Assembly (NCBI GenBank): GCA_030646805.1
Contig: JAUSKZ010000016.1
Span: 1 to 56,960, forward strand
DNA: 56,960 bases
DNA from: Candidatus Daviesbacteria bacterium
GTDB lineage: Bacteria > Patescibacteriota > Microgenomatia > Daviesbacterales > UBA10151
Direction: 5' to 3'
The notes under the pieces are model-generated. The model ran no database searches. It saw only the letters and a list, made by a program, of their open reading frames with translations, and was not told where the DNA came from. The translations under genes were made by a program, and so were the position numbers. How positions within the stretch are numbered: the stretch's first letter is position 1; every line of letters begins with the position of its first letter. This document shows positions 51,748 to 56,960 of the stretch, one piece after another.

Positions 51748-53286
51748 TCAATTAATAGTATCGGTGTTAAAGATTTCAGCTGCAAGTCTTACAATCTCAT
51801 CATCTTGAGCTATCTCTACATTCGCCAGCTCCTCCCTCTTAAGTTGAGACTTGCCTAAAATAGTTGAGACCCGGATAGACCTGCCTAGTATCTCAGACAG
51901 GATGGCTTCAAGCGGATCTCGGGATTTGGGAGTCTCTAAAATTCTTTGATGGAAAGAATAGGGAACTTCCAAAACAACGTTCCTATCCCCACACTCAACG
52001 ATCTTAACGGACCGAAGAAGTGCTTCCAAGGAAAAATTAAATTGTTTAACTGTCTCCAAAATATACTCCCAGCGGTCTTGAATTTTGACGATATCATCAG
52101 ATGAACTGTGAGACTGTTCAGGAAGTTTGGGAATTTGAACAGCTGGTGTTTTTACTTCTTCAGAATCCGACACTTGGACTTTGGATTCTAAAACACCCTC
52201 CAGACAACTACTTATGACGGCTACCTCCAAAGGTAAGGATGGAATTCCGGTGTACCTTAACTGTTCCAAGCTCTTTTGGAAAAGATCAATTATCCTCAAA
52301 ATCTCTCCGGAGCTAAATTTTGCAGCCACAGACTCAAGTAATTCATATTGATCTTTTTCCATCTCAATTTTAACGAGCTTTTCACCCAAGCAATTCTTGA
52401 CTAAAATCGCCCCCCTTAAAAGATCCAAGACTAGTAAATTAAACTCCTTAGGGCTAACGCCCGTTTCGAGTTGTTTTATGAGGGTTGTTACCGCTTGAGC
52501 GGTATTTTTTTGAGCGATTGCCTCAAGCAATTTTATTCCTTGCTCCCCTTTACCCAAACTAAGTTTATCCTCAACTAAGGCAAGATCAATCTTTTGATAA
52601 CCTGAGAGTTGATCCAGTAGCTTGATACAGTCCCGAAAACTACCGCCGCCTTTTTTACAAATAAGCATTAAGGCGTCCTCTGATATCTCCAGCTTTTCCG
52701 CTTTGGCGATTTCGCGTAAAGATGTCGATAAATCGTCAATGGTGGCTGATTTAAAATCTAACCTTTGGACTCGAGATAAAATTGTGACCGGGATTTTTTG
52801 CACCTCGGTTGTGGCTAAGATAAATATGACATGGCTAGGTGGCTCCTCCAGGGTTTTTAAGAGGGCGTTAAAAGCCTCGGCTGATAATTGATGGACCTCA
52901 TCTATAATGTAAACTTTTTTCCTGGAGCTAACAGGCGCCAATTTAATATTATCCCGAAGGATCCTTATATCCTCAATCCCCCGGTTTGAAGCCGCATCCA
53001 TCTCCACCACATCCAGACTTGATCCATCTGTGATCGATATACAAGAACCACACAAGTTACAAGGTAATGACAAACCACCTTTCACCTCTTCAGAGGCAGC
53101 CTCACAGTTGACAATTTTAGCTAAAATTCTAGCGGTTGAAGTCTTACCAGATCCCCGCGGACCACAAAAAAGATAGGCATGAGCCAGTTTATTGGATGAA
53201 ATTGCAGTATTTAAAGTAAGTTTTACAGCCTCTTGGCCAAATAGTTCACCTAAAGTCTGGGGACGGTATTTGAGGTAAAGCACCAT
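51748..53286 (-). CDS. dnaX: DNA polymerase III subunit gamma/tau
   Basis: GPRGSGKTS Walker A, a zinc module (CNLCGSC), IIDEVHQL and the SRV sensor (TILSRVQR). Confidence 0.92.
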   Translation of the reverse strand: MVLYLKYRPQTLGELFGQEAVKLTLNTAISSNKLAHAYLFCGPRGSGKTSTARILAKIVNCEAASEEVKGGLSLPCNLCGSCISITDGSSLDVVEMDAASNRGIEDIRILRDNIKLAPVSSRKKVYIIDEVHQLSAEAFNALLKTLEEPPSHVIFILATTEVQKIPVTILSRVQRLDFKSATIDDLSTSLREIAKAEKLEISEDALMLICKKGGGSFRDCIKLLDQLSGYQKIDLALVEDKLSLGKGEQGIKLLEAIAQKNTAQAVTTLIKQLETGVSPKEFNLLVLDLLRGAILVKNCLGEKLVKIEMEKDQYELLESVAAKFSSGEILRIIDLFQKSLEQLRYTGIPSLPLEVAVISSCLEGVLESKVQVSDSEEVKTPAVQIPKLPEQSHSSSDDIVKIQDRWEYILETVKQFNFSLEALLRSVKIVECGDRNVVLEVPYSFHQRILETPKSRDPLEAILSEILGRSIRVSTILGKSQLKREELANVEIAQDDEIVRLAAEIFNTDTIN

Positions 53287-53332
53287 ACACTAAGATTAGC
53301 CTAAAACTTTTAAGTTTCAAAGGTATCAAAAG

Positions 53333-53755
53333 TTAATTGTGGTGATGGCCTAACAAGTGATTCGTGCCGTGTTCAACCAAGTAACTAATCTCATCCTCAA
53401 CTGACCTATTATCCATCCCCGCATCTTCAACAGCTTGGGGGTAGGAGATGACAATCGAACCTAAATGCAACCAAGAATCTGGAGGCATAATAAATCCGCT
53501 AAACCTTGGCACTTGAGTTTGTTGTAAGCTTTGGGCGCTAGCATCATGAAGGGCAAAGGTTAAGATATCAGTGGTTGTATCGAGACCACGATAATCGCGG
53601 TTGAGCTCGTGCATTTTCCGATCCCCAACCACTACTACCTCAACCTCAACCCGACCGTGAACTTTATTTTGGGTTAAAATATTTAAAACCGCAGATTGAA
53701 TCGCTCCCTTATTAACTAAATAGCGTGGATCTGAACTAATGACTACATTTACCAT
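53333..53755 (-). CDS. ybeY: rRNA maturation endoribonuclease YbeY
   Basis: C-terminal HxxxHxxxxxH zinc motif as HGTNHLLGHHH. Confidence 0.85.
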   Translation of the reverse strand: MVNVVISSDPRYLVNKGAIQSAVLNILTQNKVHGRVEVEVVVVGDRKMHELNRDYRGLDTTTDILTFALHDASAQSLQQTQVPRFSGFIMPPDSWLHLGSIVISYPQAVEDAGMDNRSVEDEISYLVEHGTNHLLGHHHN

Positions 53756-53756
53756 A

Positions 53757-54197
53757 TTAACTTAATCTCTCTTTCACCAGAACACTTATTATTGAAGGAT
53801 CGGCCTGATTTCCAACTTGACCTCGAACCTCAGCCATAACTGATCCCATATCAGTTAAACTTTTAGCCTCAAGCTTAGTTATAGAATCTTCCACGACTTT
53901 AGTCAACTCTGCATCACTAAGTTGTGGTGGCAAGTAGATAACTAAAACTTTAACTTCTGATTCTTCTTTTTGAGCTAAGTCTTCCCGTTTGCCAGATCTG
54001 AAAGCCAAGATAGATTCTTGTCTTTTTTTAATCTCTTTTTGAACAGAACCTATAATTTCTTCTTCAGATAATTCACGTCCTAATCTAATTTTTCCATAAT
54101 TTATCTCCGACAAGAGCATCCTTAAAGTTGAGACAGAAGTCTCATCTCGATTTAACTGAGCCTTTTTTAGATCTTCCTGGATAGTATCAAGTATCAT
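53757..54197 (-). CDS. GatB/YqeY domain protein
   Basis: LKKAQLNRDETSVSTLRMLLSEI pattern. Follows rpsU, as in many Firmicutes. Confidence 0.8.
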   Translation of the reverse strand: MILDTIQEDLKKAQLNRDETSVSTLRMLLSEINYGKIRLGRELSEEEIIGSVQKEIKKRQESILAFRSGKREDLAQKEESEVKVLVIYLPPQLSDAELTKVVEDSITKLEAKSLTDMGSVMAEVRGQVGNQADPSIISVLVKERLS

Positions 54198-54218
54198 CTT
54201 TAGTTCTCAAATTGTTTA

Positions 54219-54272
54219 CCCTCCGCCAAAGGCGGATGGGCAAGCGTTTCGATATTATTAATTCTCGAAACG
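54219..54272. other. Two stem-loops at the rpsU 3' end
   Basis: CCCTCCGCC-AAA-GGCGGATGGG (54219-54240), and CGTTTCGA...TCGAAACG (54245-54272, 8-bp stem spanning the rpsU stop codon). Confidence 0.5.
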
Positions 54273-54455
54273 TTTATACCGCATTATTTTACGCACCTTT
54301 TCAGCTCGTCTTTCTTGTCTTTTTTCCGAGGCAGTTTTATGGTATTGGCGATCCCGGTATTCTTGAACAACGTTTTCTAAAACAACTCTTTTTTGAAATT
54401 TCCTAATTACACTATCATTACTATCATTTGGGCCACGTTTAACAATAATTGACAT
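54258..54455 (-). CDS. rpsU: 30S ribosomal protein S21
   Basis: 65 aa with ALRKFKR-type pattern (VIRKFQKRV), YHKTASEKRQERR and a basic tail. Confidence 0.88.
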   Translation of the reverse strand: MSIIVKRGPNDSNDSVIRKFQKRVVLENVVQEYRDRQYHKTASEKRQERRAEKVRKIMRYKRFEN

Positions 54456-54603
54456 AATATTTGGGAAATTTAAATTTTCCCTATAAAAACACCTCCCTTA
54501 AATAAATTGAAAGTTTAAAATGCAAAATTCAAAATTTTCAACTTTTCACTTTGAACTTTTAATTACTTTTGTATTTTACTACCTTTTGGGAAATCTTGCC
54601 AGT

Positions 54604-55611
54604 TTAGGCGTGGGGCTGGGTGACCTTCTTTAAAAGATCTAAGGTTTTAATCTGTCTTAAGCTATGGCGAAGGTGAAGCCTTGGTTCTTGTTGCTCAAAT
54701 TGAGTTTTTAATTTGGCATCTTGGATTTTATCAATCTCCGCCTGGACCTCTGAATCGGAAATTTCCACTTTTTCCAGCCGACCAACCTCAGCTAAACCTA
54801 ACTCCATCCGAACATTTTTCTCAGCCTGTGGCCTCCATTTATTTTTAATACTTTCAGAAGTTTCGCCTTGGCCTTTCAAATAATCCTCCATTAAAAGTCC
54901 CATGTCGGCTACCCGGCGTTGCAGCGAGACCAACATCCGATTTAACTCATCCTCAATTAAGACATCCGGGATCTCAACAGTGGTAACTTTTTCCACCTCC
55001 TGTAAGATTGCTTCTTCATAGTCGAGTTCATTATTATACTTGGCCTCATTCTCAAGGTCAGTTTTTAATTTAGTTCTAAGATCCGTTAAACTTGACGCTC
55101 CAACTGCCTTGGCAAAATTATCATCCGGGGCCTCAACACCCCCAACTGGCTGCTTGGTTTTCCATCTTTTAAACAAATCCTCAACTAGTTTATTAACATC
55201 TTCCTCTGTAATAACTTTTTGGATAGGTCTCTGAGCTTTAATATTTTTATAATCCCCAATCTTAACCTCCGGCCTTTTGGTAACCGAGGCTTTATAGACA
55301 ACACTTTGACCTTTTATAAATGAAACAAGTTGGTAACGAGGATAATCAATTGGCACAATCTCAGTGCCTTGCAGTGCTTCAACTAATTTTTCCGGAAAAA
55401 CTACTCGAAAAACCTCTTCTGAGAGTTTATTCCCAAGTGATTGCTCAACCATGTCTTTGGGAGCTTGACCTTTTCTAAATCCGGGAAGTTCAACTTCAGC
55501 CGAAAGCCTCAGTAAAACCTCATTCCACCTGATTTCCAAATCTGCCCAAGGCACGGTAATCTCAACTTCAATTAGGGATTTAGGTAAGCTATTTATATTT
55601 TTGGTAATCAT
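54604..55611 (-). CDS. tig: Trigger factor lacking the central PPIase domain
   Basis: Ribosome-binding signature GFRKGQAP. The N-domain runs directly into the C-terminal arm region (PDDNFAKAVG...). 335 aa versus roughly 430 aa typical. Confidence 0.8.
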   Translation of the reverse strand: MITKNINSLPKSLIEVEITVPWADLEIRWNEVLLRLSAEVELPGFRKGQAPKDMVEQSLGNKLSEEVFRVVFPEKLVEALQGTEIVPIDYPRYQLVSFIKGQSVVYKASVTKRPEVKIGDYKNIKAQRPIQKVITEEDVNKLVEDLFKRWKTKQPVGGVEAPDDNFAKAVGASSLTDLRTKLKTDLENEAKYNNELDYEEAILQEVEKVTTVEIPDVLIEDELNRMLVSLQRRVADMGLLMEDYLKGQGETSESIKNKWRPQAEKNVRMELGLAEVGRLEKVEISDSEVQAEIDKIQDAKLKTQFEQQEPRLHLRHSLRQIKTLDLLKKVTQPHA

Positions 55612-55658
55612 ACAATCTGAGTAATTTAGCAGAAATCGCCCTTAAAATCAACCTGAAG

Positions 55659-56960
55659 TCACCTTAATGATCCAACCAGTTCATCTACCGAAAGAAATTG
55701 AGTCTCGGATTCATCTCTTTTTTTAACTTCTATCTTATCTTCCGTTTTTTTAGAGATTACTATTCTATAAGGAATACCTATTAAATCTGCATCAGCAAAT
55801 TTTTCTCCAGCGCTGACAGAAATTCTATCATCAAAAAGAACTTCTACTCCTTCCGCTTGAAGTTGCAAATAGACTTTTTGGGCTCTTTCAAAAACTTCTC
55901 CGTTTTCTAAATCAAGTCCTACAAGATGAATCTTAAAGGGCGCAATACTCTCTGGCCAAATAATCCCTTTTGCATCGTGGTGTAGCTCTACAATTGTTGC
56001 CATCGTCCGAGCTATCCCTATCCCATAGCACCCCATATAATAAGGCTGCTGTCTACCTTCTTGATCAACAAAATTAGAATCTTTCATTTTTGAAGAATAG
56101 TGAAAACCAAGCTGGAAAATATTCCCTACTTCTACCCCTTTTTTCTCAAGTAATGCTCCGCTACCATCTGGAGCCATTAATCCCGTCTTTGCCAAAGCTA
56201 TATCAGAGATAATATCCGGTTGATAATCTCTTCCTAAATTCATATTAAATAAATCACGATATTTTTTATTTGCTCCACCAAAAGCATTTTTAATAGTAGT
56301 TAGTGAGTCGTCTGCAACGATAATTAACTCTATATCTTTTTCAATAATATCTTTAATCCCAACCGGAGAGATAAACCCCGGTTCAGAATGAATCTTGTCT
56401 CTAATCTCTGCTTCTGTCGCATGACGTAATTGATAAACTTTAACTAAATGCATTAATTTAACTTCATTAACATCAAAATCTCCTCTGATAATTGCTAAGA
56501 TAAACCTTCCTTTTTCATCAACAAATAAAACATCTTTGATCTGTTGCCAAAGAGGGAGTTTGTGAAGTTCCACTCCATCTTCCATAGTAGTTCCTCTTAC
56601 TGCATCAACTTCTTGCAAAGGTTTTTGATCTTCGTTTAAATTCTTCTTATCGGGAATAAATTTTGCTATATCTTCATGAGCGCAGTATTTAAGATCCGGA
56701 CTCGCTAAAAATTTACTCTCCCCTGCATCTGACTCAACAATAAATTCGTGGCAATATTCTCCTCCAATATATCCGTTATCGGAAGCGGCCACCAAAGTTG
56801 TTAGATTAACTCTCTCAAAAATCCTTTGATACGTTTGCCTCATATTCTCATACTCTTTCTTAAAATCTTCCTCCGTTGCATGGAAAGAATAAGCATCTTT
56901 CATCATAAACTCACGAAGTCTTAACAACCCTCCCCTAGCCCGAAGCTCGTCTCTAAATTT
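55659..56960 (-). CDS. proS: Proline--tRNA ligase (bacterial type with INS editing domain), N-terminus beyond window end
   Basis: Class II motif 2 region REFMMKDAYSFH, an INS-like insert and motif 3 GCYGIGIAR. The reading frame stays open to position 56960. Confidence 0.9.
   Translation of the reverse strand, partial: KFRDELRARGGLLRLREFMMKDAYSFHATEEDFKKEYENMRQTYQRIFERVNLTTLVAASDNGYIGGEYCHEFIVESDAGESKFLASPDLKYCAHEDIAKFIPDKKNLNEDQKPLQEVDAVRGTTMEDGVELHKLPLWQQIKDVLFVDEKGRFILAIIRGDFDVNEVKLMHLVKVYQLRHATEAEIRDKIHSEPGFISPVGIKDIIEKDIELIIVADDSLTTIKNAFGGANKKYRDLFNMNLGRDYQPDIISDIALAKTGLMAPDGSGALLEKKGVEVGNIFQLGFHYSSKMKDSNFVDQEGRQQPYYMGCYGIGIARTMATIVELHHDAKGIIWPESIAPFKIHLVGLDLENGEVFERAQKVYLQLQAEGVEVLFDDRISVSAGEKFADADLIGIPYRIVISKKTEDKIEVKKRDESETQFLSVDELVGSLR

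Noticed and set aside
52895-52915. A-rich run (AGG AAA AAA GTT) in dnaX considered as a tau/gamma frameshift site.
   Set aside because: It lies near codon 122, just upstream of the Walker B motif. That is far upstream of where the E. coli dnaX slippery site acts, and no downstream stem-loop or nearby out-of-frame stop was seen.

Overview
This is a low-GC bacterial chromosome segment holding about 66 protein genes, roughly 85% of them on the minus strand. I found no rRNA, tRNA or CRISPR array. The gene content suggests a Patescibacteria/CPR (Microgenomates-like) genome, but that is inference only: small housekeeping proteins, many TTG/GTG starts, a trigger factor without its PPIase domain, a sortase with a surface-protein substrate, and GC-rich palindromes in a low-GC background.

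Housekeeping genes:
- prmC (partial), rpsF-ssb-rpsR, ychF, a DEAD-box helicase, dus, dgkA, rarA, cysS.
- recR-ybaB, folD, glyA, dnaX, ybeY, rpsU, tig, proS (partial).

Accessory content:
- Envelope proteases: two HtrA-like, one Ctp, two M16 and two M23-like.
- A MacAB-like efflux operon.
- hicBA, mazEF, a lone HEPN protein and a class II Fic protein.
- A cation cluster: ZIP, CorA, a P-type ATPase and a GT-C glycosyltransferase.
- An isolated purE.

Most notable non-routine signals:
1. A Y1/HUH (RAYT-type) transposase gene sits between folD and glyA. It is bracketed by inverted copies of a roughly 37-nt hairpin repeat that recurs elsewhere in the window.
2. A second GC-rich hairpin family (arms CGCTTCGC/GCGAGGCG) lies in spacers and also inside or at the ends of coding regions. 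One copy is nested inside a family-1-like element.
3. A leaderless RHH gene is translationally coupled to an ice-binding-like (DUF3494)-FN3 surface protein carrying an FPNTG sorting signal, followed by a sortase and a 4-TM protein.
4. At least seven genes share a promoter-abuts-start-codon (leaderless) layout.
5. Smaller oddities:
   - ghost copies of gene 3' ends
   - a 20-bp perfect palindrome inside ychF
   - three tandem 20-bp repeats in front of fic
   - an msrB relic
   - three unlisted small ORFs

All functional calls rest on motif recognition by eye. No database search was run.
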